Numbered from the stretch's first letter, positions 10,450 through 20,709 are shown. The stretch: DNA of 37,621 nucleotides from an uncultured Desulfobacteraceae bacterium (GCA_964655655.1 CAZZPR010000020.1:1-37621), one strand, 5' to 3'. The notes: generated by a model from the letters alone, not told the origin. Numbers and translations are program-made.

Positions 10450-10475
10450 AGTTCTCCTTTCATACTGTTAGATCA

Positions 10476-11720
10476 TCAATATTCTTTATTACCACCGAGC
10501 ACTTTCGGTATGTCCAGTCCCGTGACATCTTTTATGCCTTCTAATATGGGAGCAACGGATCCTGTTACCCCCTTAACGAATCCGGGCATACCTTTTCCGT
10601 TACCGCTGTCAATAATGGATATTTTATCGATCCGCAGGTTATCGGCTACCATACCGGTAATCTTGTCCAGGAGGTCGGGCAGCTGTTGAATCAAGAAAAG
10701 ATCTCTGGTATCTTTCTCCCACTGTTCTTTCAATGATCTTACGGCCTCAGCGGTCGCCTTGCCCTCCTCGGCTATCCTTGCGGCATCACCAATGGCCCTT
10801 AGTTCTTTGGCCTCCTTTTCCGCCCTGGCAGGAACAATCATTTCTGCTTCGTATTTGCTCCTGTTCATTTCTACCCTCTCTTTTTCGAGGTTCTTTTCCT
10901 CGCTAATCCGTGATATTTCGCCCGCCACTTTTGCCCTGGATTCGGCCGTGTTGGCCACTGCATCCAGCTCGGCCCTCTTTACCCTCAACTTGTTTTCCGA
11001 CTCCGCTATTGCCGTATTCGCCAAGGCCTCCGCCATGCTTGCTTTCTTCTTTGCCTCAGCGATTACTTGGCGTGCTTCTGCCTCTGCATTGGCTTCCGTT
11101 ATCCGGGCATCTCGCATAACTTCCGCACTCTTCTTTCTCCCCCCAGCCTCCAGATAGCCTTGGCCGTCGGAGATGCTCTTAATCTTAAAAGTATCAAGCA
11201 CCAAACCGAGCCTCATGAAATCACTTCTTGTTTCCCGGGCCACCCTTTCGGCGAACTCCAGCCTGTTGCTGTTCGTCTCCTCCGGTGTCAGCGTGGCCAA
11301 GACACCTCGAAGGCTTCCTTCAAGGTTTTCCTTTGCCACCCGGGATATTTCCTCGGTATTTTTACCCAGGAATCTCTCCAGGGCATTCGACAGGCCTTCC
11401 CCTTCACTGCCGGCTATCTTAACCGTGGCCATGGCCTGAATGTCTATGGGTATAACGCCGTTTGTCAATGCCCCGGTTAGTGCCAGATCAATGGGTATGG
11501 CATTAAGAGACAAACTGGTAACCGATTCTAAAACCGGAATTTTAAGCCCTCTTCCTCCCTTTATTATCCTGTATCCCGCCTCTGTGCCGTCCTTGAGCCG
11601 CCTTTTTCTTCCGGAAAAAATCAGTATCTCGTTCGGATGACAGATCTTCAGGTTCGCCTTGACAAAGGCGAGAATAACCAAAATTATTATTACACTTGAT
11701 ACTATCCAGAATCCCGTCAT
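10476..11720 (-). CDS. SPFH/band-7 (flotillin-like) membrane protein.
   Basis: An N-terminal TM helix is followed by an SPFH domain and a long Ala/Glu-rich coiled coil (EAEARQVIAEAKKKA...). Start re-called at 'MTGFW' because RBS 'gggagg' lies 7 nt upstream. The tracked start 11768 would overlap glnK. Confidence 0.7.
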   Translation of the reverse strand: MTGFWIVSSVIIILVILAFVKANLKICHPNEILIFSGRKRRLKDGTEAGYRIIKGGRGLKIPVLESVTSLSLNAIPIDLALTGALTNGVIPIDIQAMATVKIAGSEGEGLSNALERFLGKNTEEISRVAKENLEGSLRGVLATLTPEETNSNRLEFAERVARETRSDFMRLGLVLDTFKIKSISDGQGYLEAGGRKKSAEVMRDARITEANAEAEARQVIAEAKKKASMAEALANTAIAESENKLRVKRAELDAVANTAESRAKVAGEISRISEEKNLEKERVEMNRSKYEAEMIVPARAEKEAKELRAIGDAARIAEEGKATAEAVRSLKEQWEKDTRDLFLIQQLPDLLDKITGMVADNLRIDKISIIDSGNGKGMPGFVKGVTGSVAPILEGIKDVTGLDIPKVLGGNKEY

Positions 11721-11757
11721 GATAAGCCTCCCTAATGATATTTTTCCCGCTCCCGGG

Positions 11758-12102
11758 TCATTTTCCAATGGCCTTTGGGCCCCGGTCCAGGGTCCTTATC
11801 CTTATGCAATGCGGCAAATCCAGCACAAATATCTTGCCGTCACCTATGTTCCCTGTTTTGGCGCCTTTGATCACTGCCTCGATAATCGGTTCTACGAAAT
11901 CATCATTGCATGCAATCTCGACCTTTACCTTCTTAAGGAGGCTGCCTGCTTCCTTTGACCCCCTGTAGACTTCTGTGTACCCCATCTGACTCCCGCGTCC
12001 CAAAACATTGGAAACAGTCATCATGTTCACATCCACCTCCTCCAGTGCCTTTTTTACCTCTTCCAATCTATGGGGCTGAATAACAGCGATCACGTATTTC
12101 AT
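11758..12102 (-). CDS. glnK: Nitrogen regulatory protein P-II.
   Basis: 114 aa, '[20 protein letters not shown]' with a T-loop region '[13 protein letters not shown]'. RBS 'aggagga'. It lies immediately downstream of amt, which is the canonical amt-glnK pair. Confidence 0.85.
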   Translation of the reverse strand: MKYVIAVIQPHRLEEVKKALEEVDVNMMTVSNVLGRGSQMGYTEVYRGSKEAGSLLKKVKVEIACNDDFVEPIIEAVIKGAKTGNIGDGKIFVLDLPHCIRIRTLDRGPKAIGK

Positions 12103-12111
12103 TTCATCCTC

Positions 12112-13344
12112 CTATTCCAATACAGTATAAGCGGCTTCATGATGCTGTGTGATATCGAGACCCACCATTTCGTCTTCCCTTGTAACCCTCATTCCGAACA
12201 GGGCGTCCACCAGCAGGAAGAGGGCCCAGGTCATTGCTATTGCATAAACCGCACACACGCCCAGGTATATAGTCTGAATCAAAAACAGTCTGGTATTCCC
12301 GAAAAACAGCCCGTCCGCCCCCGCAGCATTGATGGCCTTTTGGGCGAAAAGTCCTGTTGCAAGTGTTCCCCACATTCCCCCAACTCCATGAACGCCGAAG
12401 ACATCAAGGGAATCATCGTAACCAAGCTTGGGCTTCAACGAGGTGACCGCTAAATACGAAAATATACCACCCGGAACCCCGATGGCTATTGCGGACAAGG
12501 GGCTTACAAAGCCGCAAGCCGGAGTTATGGACACCAACCCGGCAACTACGCCTGTTACTGTTCCCAATATAGTAGGTGCACCGTGCTGCTGCCACTCAAT
12601 CAGGGCCCAGGTAAGTCCCCCTGCAGCGGCTGCTATGTATGTTGTCATGAATGCATTTGCAGCAATCCCGCCTGCCTCTAAAGCACTGCCCGCATTAAAG
12701 CCGAACCAGCCGAACCATAAAAGGGCCGCCCCCAGTACGGTGATCGTTAGATTATGCGGGGTAAATGAATGTTTCTCATAACCCAATCTTTTTCCAGCCA
12801 GTATTGCCAGGACAAGGGCGGAGAACCCGGAGCTCACATGCACAACAATGCCCCCGGCGAAATCTAAAGCTCCAAGCTCTTTTAACCACCCTCCTGTTGA
12901 CCAGACCCAGTGAGCAATCGGTTCGTACACAAAAGTAGCCCACAGAAGCATCAAAAAGACGAATGCGGAAAACTTGATCCTTTCCGCAAAGGCACCCACA
13001 ATCAAGGCCGGTGTAAGTATTGCGAAAGTTGCCTGGAACATAACGAAGGCCATGTGGGGAATAGTGCCGGAGTAGTCCGGGTTGATCGTTATGCCCACCC
13101 CTTTTAACCCAACCCAGTCAAGGTTACCGATGATGCCGTGACCGGTGTCAGGCCCGAAAGATATGGAGTATCCATATATGACCCACTGCAATCCGATCAG
13201 GCACATCAGGACAAAGCATTGCATTAAAATGGAAAGTACATTCTTCCTCCGGGCCATGCCCCCGTAAAAGAAGGCTGCCCCGGGTGTCATGATAAACACC
13301 AGGGCTGCCGAAATCAGCACCCATACAGTATCACCTGAATCCAT
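12112..13344 (-). CDS. amt: Ammonium transporter.
   Basis: 410 aa polytopic membrane protein. Amt signature region 'DFAGGIVVHVSSGFSALV'. RBS 'ggaggtg'. Confidence 0.9.
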   Translation of the reverse strand: MDSGDTVWVLISAALVFIMTPGAAFFYGGMARRKNVLSILMQCFVLMCLIGLQWVIYGYSISFGPDTGHGIIGNLDWVGLKGVGITINPDYSGTIPHMAFVMFQATFAILTPALIVGAFAERIKFSAFVFLMLLWATFVYEPIAHWVWSTGGWLKELGALDFAGGIVVHVSSGFSALVLAILAGKRLGYEKHSFTPHNLTITVLGAALLWFGWFGFNAGSALEAGGIAANAFMTTYIAAAAGGLTWALIEWQQHGAPTILGTVTGVVAGLVSITPACGFVSPLSAIAIGVPGGIFSYLAVTSLKPKLGYDDSLDVFGVHGVGGMWGTLATGLFAQKAINAAGADGLFFGNTRLFLIQTIYLGVCAVYAIAMTWALFLLVDALFGMRVTREDEMVGLDITQHHEAAYTVLE

Positions 13345-13448
13345 ATTACACCTCCAAATGAATTATTTCCGTAGGAATTGACTTCATGAACCCTGAACCA
13401 GAGATGAGCGGTTATTCCCCGAAGCCAAGTATTTCATTTTACGTTTAC

Positions 13449-13466
13449 AGCAAGGAAGGTGCCAAA
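13449..13466 (-). promoter_or_regulatory. Sigma-54 (-24/-12) promoter for amt-glnK(-flotillin-glnA).
   Basis: The minus-strand sequence reads 'tTGGCACcttccTTGCt', i.e. GG-N10-GC with consensus TGGCAC-N5-TTGC. It lies about 105 nt upstream of the amt ATG. Confidence 0.55.
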
Positions 13467-13548
13467 CTGTGTATAGGGGATAACCTATTGATATGAAGTT
13501 AAAAAATGCCGGGAGAGAAATAAAGAGGAGTGATTAAAAGATACAATT

Positions 13549-13621
13549 TTGTAAAAATATATATCCTATATTACAAAATGGTGTTTAAAATATTGCTCAA
13601 ATACAAATTTGTAAAAAATAC
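13549..13621. promoter_or_regulatory. Two copies of the palindromic site 'aTACAAtTTTGTAaaaa' about 53 bp apart. Candidate enhancer (UAS) for the adjacent sigma-54 activator.
   Basis: 13549-13567 and 13602-13621. Each contains TACAA-N1-2-TTGTA dyad symmetry. They lie 90-170 bp upstream of the sigma-54 promoter. Confidence 0.3.
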
Positions 13622-13664
13622 ATCGGGGTTAGGTGAGGGCCGGATCAATTGCTTATGGGCAAGC

Positions 13665-15248
13665 TCAACGGTAGAGCCTATAGTCGACCCCGTATTTATT
13701 TGCCTTATATGTGAATTTGCGCTCACTTATATTCAGCATCTTTGCCGCCTTTGACATGTTTCCCTGGGTATTTTTCAGGGCATCGATAATCATCTCCTTC
13801 TCAAGGCTGGCAACGGCGTCCTCCAAAGAGAGAGCTGGTATAGTATCCGACTGTTTACCTGTCTGCAGGCTCGGCGGCAGGTGATAACTGTGTACCACAC
13901 CCTCCTCGCAGAGCAGCACAGCGCGCTCGATACAGTTCTCGAGTTCCCTCACATTGCCCGGCCAGTGGTATTGAACCAGCATGTCGATAGCAGGGGTTGA
14001 AAACCTTCTGATATCCTTTTGGTTCTCTCTGGCATATTTTTCCAGGAAATAGTCGGCCAGCAGCAGTATATCAGTTTTGCGTTCCCTGAGGGGAGGCAGA
14101 TATATGGGAAAGACATTCAGACGGTAATAGAGATCGCTTCTGAAAGTTTCCCCCTCCAGGGCCTGTTCGAGGTTTTTGCTGGTTGCCGCAACGATCCTGA
14201 TATCCGCCTTGAGGGTTTGATGTCCGCCTACCCGCTCGAACTCTTTTTCTTGAAGCACCCTTAGTAGCTTTACCTGAACCTCCATATCAACGGAGCCTAT
14301 TTCATCCAGGAAAATCGTACCTTTACTGGCGAGCTCGAATTTACCCGGTTTTTGACGAATGGCCCCGGTGAACGCACCCTTTTCATGGCCAAAAAGCTCG
14401 CTCTCGATAAGGTTTGCAGGCAGTGCGGCACAGTTTACCTTGACAAATGGCTTTTGTGCCCTGGGACTGTTATAATGAATGGCGCTCGCCACCAGTTCTT
14501 TTCCGGTACCGCTTTCGCCCCTTATCAAAACCGTGGCATTGCTCTTACAGACCTGGGAGATCATCTGGTAGACCTCCCGCATTTTGTTGCTGTTGCCTAT
14601 GATGTTGGTGATATGGTATTTTCTGGAAAGCTCATCCCTTAATCTTATGTTTTCCTGCCTCAGCTTCTCTTTTTCAAGGTGCAGGCTTTCCAGGTTTATA
14701 ACATGCTGTGCTATCATGGTTGCAATTATTGAAAGGAGCCTCTCCCCGTCTTTAAGGGAATAGGATTCATCATAGGGCCTGTCAACACTCAGGGTGCCTA
14801 CAACCTGTTCCCCTTTTTTTACAGGAACACAGATAAAGGAAAGCTCCTGATCGTGGATAGCCCTTCTTGTGGCGGTGCGATCGAGAAAAGAGGGTTCCTG
14901 GCTGATTTTAGGTACCACCAAGGCCTTTCCGGTCTGGATTACCCTTCCTGTGACGCCTTCTCCTATGGAGTATTTTCCCCTCTCCATGGCGGCCAGGGGC
15001 ATGCCGTGGGCCACCTCAATCCTGATTTCGTTTCTAAGGGGATTAAGGATAGTTACAGTTCCCCGCACCATCCCCATAGAGTTTGAAAGGATCTCCAGCA
15101 CCCTGTAAAGCGATTTCCTAAGGTCCAATGTCTCACTGAGGGCATTGGTTATCTCATAGAGAAGGGCGAGTTCCTCGGTCTTTCTTATAGAAACATTATC
15201 CATCATTGATGATTTTTCCATAGCAATGATTTTTATCAAATAAAGCAA
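13665..15248 (-). CDS. Sigma-54-dependent transcriptional activator with an N-terminal GAF domain (NifA/NtrC-like bEBP).
   Basis: Walker A 'GESGTGKE', a GAFTGA-type loop '[10 protein letters not shown]', an R-finger region and a C-terminal HTH ([15 protein letters not shown]). Confidence 0.85.
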   Translation of the reverse strand: MLYLIKIIAMEKSSMMDNVSIRKTEELALLYEITNALSETLDLRKSLYRVLEILSNSMGMVRGTVTILNPLRNEIRIEVAHGMPLAAMERGKYSIGEGVTGRVIQTGKALVVPKISQEPSFLDRTATRRAIHDQELSFICVPVKKGEQVVGTLSVDRPYDESYSLKDGERLLSIIATMIAQHVINLESLHLEKEKLRQENIRLRDELSRKYHITNIIGNSNKMREVYQMISQVCKSNATVLIRGESGTGKELVASAIHYNSPRAQKPFVKVNCAALPANLIESELFGHEKGAFTGAIRQKPGKFELASKGTIFLDEIGSVDMEVQVKLLRVLQEKEFERVGGHQTLKADIRIVAATSKNLEQALEGETFRSDLYYRLNVFPIYLPPLRERKTDILLLADYFLEKYARENQKDIRRFSTPAIDMLVQYHWPGNVRELENCIERAVLLCEEGVVHSYHLPPSLQTGKQSDTIPALSLEDAVASLEKEMIIDALKNTQGNMSKAAKMLNISERKFTYKANKYGVDYRLYR

Positions 15249-15400
15249 TCAAGCACAAATAATTTCGTTTTGTTTGCTGAATCTAAAATAAACCTACTGC
15301 ATATACCCAAAACTTTTGCGTGATTTCGCAAAAATAGTTTCTTTAACGAAAAAGATAAGTCTGGTAAAAATATTGGTAACCCATGGAGGCTTTTATTTAG

Positions 15401-15438
15401 CCCAGATTGTGCAGTAGCCAGCTACTGCACAATCTGGG
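15401..15438. repeat. Second full copy of the 38-bp palindrome 'cccagattgtgcagtagccagctactgcacaatctggg'.
   Basis: It is the exact reverse complement of 9083-9119, so only the central dinucleotide flips. Confidence 0.7.
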
Positions 15439-15524
15439 TTAAAAGACGTGATATGCTAAATGATGCCGCTGACAAATACTGGTACAATCATTAAGCTTAA
15501 AAAAAGAGGCATCTTTACTATTTT

Positions 15525-17069
15525 CTATTCAACATTGTACATTATAATTTGACTTCTTCCGGAACTTTTTTGGATGGATAATACCAATTCCAGACCCTGG
15601 CCGTCTTGGGACTTCTTCAGGCAATAACCCGTTATCGGTCCGGGCATATCTTTGGTCTTCCACTTGGTGGCAATACTCAAACCGTCCCATTGGAGGAAAT
15701 GCATTCTACCGCTTGAAAACATCCTGTTTTTTTCAGTCATTCTATTAATAGAAGACTTGTTCTTGCATACAACCACTTCCTTAATACCGTTATTGTCCAG
15801 GTCGCTTAAAAGCATAGGGGGGGAAAAATGAAACCATTTCTCAGTACCTACATCTCTTCCCTGGGCAACCATGTGAATGTCAAGCCCTCCGAATTCATCC
15901 TCGCTCTTCCATATTCTGTCGCCGTCCTGGGTAACAAGAAACAGAAATTCCGTTTCCGGGCTTAATACCATGGTTTCTACAGAGCCTCCACCTGTCAAGC
16001 TTCCCTTGACAAAGTTGAACACATTTGCCATTGAGGGGAGCGTCAGGGGTTCCGCTTTTGTAAAATGGTTACCGTCCCTGTTCAATACGTATACGTGACC
16101 CGAAAATCCTCCCCCGGTAAGCCTTTTCTGGCCTATCAGGGTTTCACCTTTATCAGGTAGATTTACAACTCGAAAAAACCACCTCTGTCCCTTTGATATA
16201 ACTTTGAAATCCCCGGAACTCCATTCCAGAACAAAGGAGGACAGGGTGGACCCGGCAAGATTTGATACATATATCTCCTCCCTGCCGTTCTTATCCATGT
16301 CTCCTATAGAAACGTATACAAATTCGGGAGACCAGCTTCCCTGGATCTTTCTAAGCTCGGCAAAGGCCTTTTCCTGCCACTTGTATATATAAACAGTATC
16401 GCTATCAATACACACCAGTTCATCCTTGCCGTCTCCATCCACATCACCTGAATCCATGCCTATAATACCGGTCTTGAATGACTGAACGTGACCGATATCC
16501 TTTTTTTGCAGGCCCTCTGCTACTTTAATAAGCCCAGACCTTTTCTCTGTGCCCCCAGGCTTTTGTACGTAAACCGGTTCCCTGGTGGACCGCCCCAAAA
16601 TCTTGGCATTAATATCCTTTGCAAACTGGTTTATGGCGGGAATCACCTCGTCCATGCCCTTGGACTGGTTGAATGCAGTCACCAGTTTCTCTCCCTTGTC
16701 CACGTCCAGTATGCTGGCATCCATGCTGACACTTTCACCGAAAACGGTGAGGCTTCCTATAATCACATAATCCGCACCCAGGGATTTTCCTGCCTTTATA
16801 CCGGCGTCCTTGTCCAACCTGCCTTTAAGACGGGTTAGTTCTTCTTTCACGAGCCTCTCTTCGGCAACAACAACCTTGTCCTTCCATGCTAAACGGGATG
16901 AAAGCATGTCCACTATGCCTTCCTGCAAAAAAGAAAGGTCCCTGTCTGCGTTGATTTTGAAGGGCATTACAGCCACCTTTTTTATATTTTCCGAATATGC
17001 CGTATTTCCCAGGCAAACGATGATAAAACCCAGGGTAAATATTAAAACCCTAATACCCTTTTTTCCCAT
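15525..17069 (-). CDS. Secreted beta-propeller protein with FG-GAP/Ca-binding repeats and an N-terminal TolB-N/CsgG-like domain.
   Basis: Signal peptide 'MGKKGIRVLIFTLGFIIVCLGNTAYS'. Repeated 'DxDxDGxxE' motifs (DVDGDGKDELV, DMDKNGREEIYV, DLDNNGIKEVVV). RBS 'aagggggag'. Confidence 0.55.
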   Translation of the reverse strand: MGKKGIRVLIFTLGFIIVCLGNTAYSENIKKVAVMPFKINADRDLSFLQEGIVDMLSSRLAWKDKVVVAEERLVKEELTRLKGRLDKDAGIKAGKSLGADYVIIGSLTVFGESVSMDASILDVDKGEKLVTAFNQSKGMDEVIPAINQFAKDINAKILGRSTREPVYVQKPGGTEKRSGLIKVAEGLQKKDIGHVQSFKTGIIGMDSGDVDGDGKDELVCIDSDTVYIYKWQEKAFAELRKIQGSWSPEFVYVSIGDMDKNGREEIYVSNLAGSTLSSFVLEWSSGDFKVISKGQRWFFRVVNLPDKGETLIGQKRLTGGGFSGHVYVLNRDGNHFTKAEPLTLPSMANVFNFVKGSLTGGGSVETMVLSPETEFLFLVTQDGDRIWKSEDEFGGLDIHMVAQGRDVGTEKWFHFSPPMLLSDLDNNGIKEVVVCKNKSSINRMTEKNRMFSSGRMHFLQWDGLSIATKWKTKDMPGPITGYCLKKSQDGQGLELVLSIQKSSGRSQIIMYNVE

Positions 17070-17215
17070 CCGAACTCTCCCCCTTAATAATCCTTTTTGT
17101 TAATAAGGTACTAACATTACTAAAGCTCAATGTAAAATCAAATAAAAACTCGCTGTGCATGACTTTTCTCAATTCTTTTTCTCTTTCCAATCCGCCAAAT
17201 ACGGTTCATATTGCT

Positions 17216-17375
17216 TCAACTTTGACGGACTCGTAAAAAGCTCAAATTCAAGGCGCGCAAATCCTGAGGAATGAGGCGTGCTTTATGGTACGCTGCAGTG
17301 ACCTGGCTGCAGCAGGCAGGCGAAGGATGCAGCGCAACGCAGAAGTTGGACTTTTTACGAAGCCATCAACTTTGA
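17216..17375. mobile_element. MITE-like element: about 140-bp GC-rich insert with imperfect 14-bp terminal inverted repeats, flanked by the 10-bp direct repeat TCAACTTTGA.
   Basis: Direct repeat 'tcaactttga' at 17216-17225 and 17366-17375. The inner ends 'ggactcgtaaaaag' (17227-17240) and 'ctttttacgaagcc' (17351-17364) are reverse complements of each other at 12 of 14 positions. The interior has hairpin potential (ctgcag-tgacctgg-ctgcag). Confidence 0.4.
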
Positions 17376-17515
17376 TTTATTCCTGAGAAAAGCAATGCCA
17401 TTATTTTTTGAATTCGGGATTTTGCAGTGATAAGCATTTCTCGACAGGAAAAGCACCGGGTATTTACACCAAATCCGGGCTCCAAATTCTGATACACAAA
17501 ATTTTTGAAATACCA

Positions 17516-17544
17516 TTGACAAAGAAACTGGCTAAATCTATAAG
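17516..17544 (+). promoter_or_regulatory. Sigma-70-like promoter TTGACA-N17-TATAAG, about 90 nt upstream of hdrA.
   Basis: Read directly. The -35 is at 17516-17521 and the -10 at 17539-17544. Confidence 0.35.
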
Positions 17545-17631
17545 TATCCAAACGGGAACAGTGCCCCGGGCTGTGTGCATAAAATATTCATAATTTTAAA
17601 AAAAATAGATATATTTTTAACTGGTGCCTAA

Positions 17632-20600
17632 ATGAAAAACAATATTACCGGATCAGTGATGGTGGTTGGCGGGGGAATTACAGGAATGCAGGCCTCTCTG
17701 GATCTTGCCGATTCGGGTTATTATGTTTACCTTGTTGAAGGCTCTTCCTCCATAGGCGGCGTTATGTCGCAGCTGGACAAGACCTTCCCCACTAATGACT
17801 GCGCAATGTGAATAATCTCCCCTAAACTGGTCGAGGTCGGCCGGCACATTAACATTGAATTGATGACCCTCTCAGAGGTGAAGGGCATAAAAGGGGAGGA
17901 GGGTAAATTTGAAGTAAATGTTATCCAACACCCCAGGTATGTGGATACAAACAAATGCATAGCCTGCGGTTTATGTGCGGAAAAATGTCCCAGAAAGGTG
18001 GATGACGAGTATAATCAGTCACTGAATAAAAGAAAGGCCATATATCTCCAATACCCCCAGGCCGTGCCCCTTAAATATGCCATCGACTCAGAAAACTGCA
18101 TCTTTTTTCAAAAGGGTAAATGCAGGGCCTGTGAAAAGTTCTGTCCAAGCGGGGCCATTGACTTCGAGCAAAAGGAAGAAAAACGTACCGTAAACGTAGG
18201 CTCTGTAATAATGTGCCCCGGGTTTGATATATTTGACCCGGCGGTACATGATACGTACGGTTACACCAAGGCACCCAACATCATAACCAGTATTGAATTC
18301 GAAAGGGTTCTCGCTTCCTCCGGACCTTACGGCGGTCACATGGTAAGGCCGTCGGACGGCAGGGAGCCGGAGAAGATTGCATGGCTTCAATGCGTGGGTT
18401 CAAGGGATGTGCACCAGGGTGCCAACTCTTATTGTTCTGCTGTTTGCTGTACCCATGCCATAAAAGAGGCCCTTGTTGCAAAAGATCACAAAAAGGGGGG
18501 TTTGGATACCGCTATATTCTTCATAGATATCAGGGCATCGGGCAAGGATTATGAAAGGTATTACAACCGGGCCAAGGACCAGCAGGGCGTAAGATTCATT
18601 AAATCCAAGATCACCCATGTAAAACATATCCAGGAAACAGGTAACCTGCTCATAAGGTACACCGATGAGCAGGGAAAAAGGGTAGAGGAAGAATTTGATA
18701 TGGTGGTGCTTTCCGTGGGCTTTTTCGTATCAAAAAGGCTGCGGGAATTCGCAGAAAAAATAGGCATAGAACTGGACCATCACAACTTTCCCGAGACAAA
18801 AAGTTTTGCCCCCGTGCAAACCAATAAACCGGGTATCTATATCTCGGGCTGCTTCCACTCTCCCAAGGACATACCTTCTGCTGTAACGGATGCAAGTGCT
18901 GCAGCGGCCAACGCAGGGGGCACCCTTTCGGTTTCCAGGTTTACATTGACCAAAAAAAAGGAATTGCCCCCGGAAATCCCAGCATTGGAAATAAAAGGTG
19001 AGAGGCCACGTATAGGGGTGTTCGTCTGCCAATGCGGAACCAACATTGCAGGTGTTGTGGATGTGCCGGAGGTAGCGAAGTACGCTGAGTCCCTTCCTTT
19101 TGTGGAATATACGGAGCAAAATCTTTTCAGCTGTTCCCAGGACACCCAGGAAACCATAGCCAAGGCCATAAAGGAAAACAAATTAAACAGGGTAGTGGTC
19201 GCATCCTGTACACCCAAGACACACGAGCCATTGTTCCAGGAAACAGCAAGAGAGGCCGGGATCAACAAATACCTATTTGAGATGGCCAACATAAGAAACC
19301 AGTGTTCCTGGGTGCATTCAGAATACCCTGAAGAGGCAACGCAAAAGGCCAAGGATTTGGTTGCAATGGCGATAAGGAAGTCCGCACTTCTTGAGCCGCT
19401 TCAGGAGGCAGAGCTTAACGTAACCCAGGCCGCCCTGGTTATAGGCGGGGGCATAGCAGGAATGAACGCGGCCAAAAACCTGGCCGAACAGGGATACAAG
19501 ACCTGTCTTGTGGAAAAAACCGGCAAGCTGGGAGGAAACGCCCTCAGGCTTTACCGGACCTGGAAAGGAGAAGATATACAGGAAAACCTAAAAGGCCTTA
19601 TTTCAAGCATAGAATCCCAGAAAAACATAGAGGTACTTCTTGACACAGAGATAAAGGAGGTGGAGGGATTTGTAGGCAATTTCATAACAACCCTTGTTAC
19701 CGGTGAGCAAGAAAAAAAGATAGAGCACGGTGTTGTAATTGTAGCCACCGGTGCAAAGGAATTGCTCCCCGAGGAATATCTGTACGGCACTGACTCCCGG
19801 GTGGTTACCTCCCTGGAGCTTGATGATATGTTTATAAATGGGGATAAAAGCCTGGAGGAAACAGGTACCTGCGTATTTCTTCAGTGCGTAGGTTCCCGAA
19901 TACCGGAAAGGCCCTACTGCTCCAGGGTATGCTGCACACATTCCGTGGTAAGCGCACTCAGGTTGAAGGAAGTAAAGCCGGATATGGACATATTTATCCT
20001 TTACCGGGATATGAGGACCTACGGGCTGAGGGAGGAAATCTACAGGGAGGCAAGGGATAAAGGCATAAAGTTCATTCGCTTTGACAATGAAGAGGATATG
20101 AATGTGGAAACCACGGAACAGGGGCTTTCAGTTGCCTTTATTGATTTTACCCTGAGAAGAAAGATGCGGATAAACCCGGATTTACTGGTCTTGGCTTCTG
20201 CCATTGTAAAAAGCGACGGAGAATCTCTGGCAAGACAATTCAAGATATCTTTAAACCAGGATGGCTTCTTCACTGAGGCCCATGTAAAGCTCAGGCCGGT
20301 GGATTTCGCCACGGACGGGGTGTTTTTGTGCGGCCTTGCCCACTCCCCCAAGCCAATTGACGAATCGGTAATCCAGGCACAGGCGGCGGCATCAAGGGCG
20401 GTTACTTTGCTGTCCCGGAAGACCATACACAGCAGCGGTAATGTGGCGGCAGTTGATCCAAGTTTCTGCAGCAGCTGCGGTGTGTGCATTGCCGTGTGCC
20501 CGTTCAGTGCCCCTGAATTCAACCAGGATACGGGCAAGGCGGAGATAAATCCGGTAATATGCAAGGGATGCGGGCTGTGTGTGGCCTCTTGCAGGTCCGG

Positions 20601-20655
20601 TGCCATCCACCTTAACGGGTTTGACGAGAATCAGATAATGTCCATGATAGCTTGA
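17632..20655 (+). CDS. hdrA: HdrA-like FAD/Fe-S flavoprotein (heterodisulfide reductase subunit A family), predicted selenoprotein with an in-frame TGA (Sec) at 17809-17811.
   Basis: The ORF track starts at 17860, but the same frame is open from ATG 17632. It encodes '[62 protein letters not shown]', which is the canonical HdrA N-terminus (…[13 protein letters not shown](I/L)…) with TGA where the second Cys sits. A SECIS-like hairpin 'ctggtcg-AGGT-cggccgg' lies at 17827-17844. Downstream are multiple Cx2Cx2Cx3CP ferredoxin motifs and a second FAD/NAD fold '[12 protein letters not shown]'. Confidence 0.8.
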
Positions 20656-20709
20656 TATGTTTACCGGAATTAGTTGCAATAAATTATGAAAAAATACAGG
20701 GAGAATAAG

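Noticed and set aside
13530-13754. 74-aa ORF 'MIKRYNFVKIYILYYKM…'.
   Set aside because: It lies across the AT-rich enhancer dyads and runs into the 3' end of the bEBP gene on the other strand. It is a low-complexity translation of the regulatory region.
17860-20655. Treating 17860 as the hdrA start, with the 59-codon upstream ORF as a separate peptide.
   Set aside because: The upstream frame encodes the indispensable HdrA FAD-binding N-terminus and is separated only by a TGA at a conserved Cys position. A single read-through gene is far more parsimonious.
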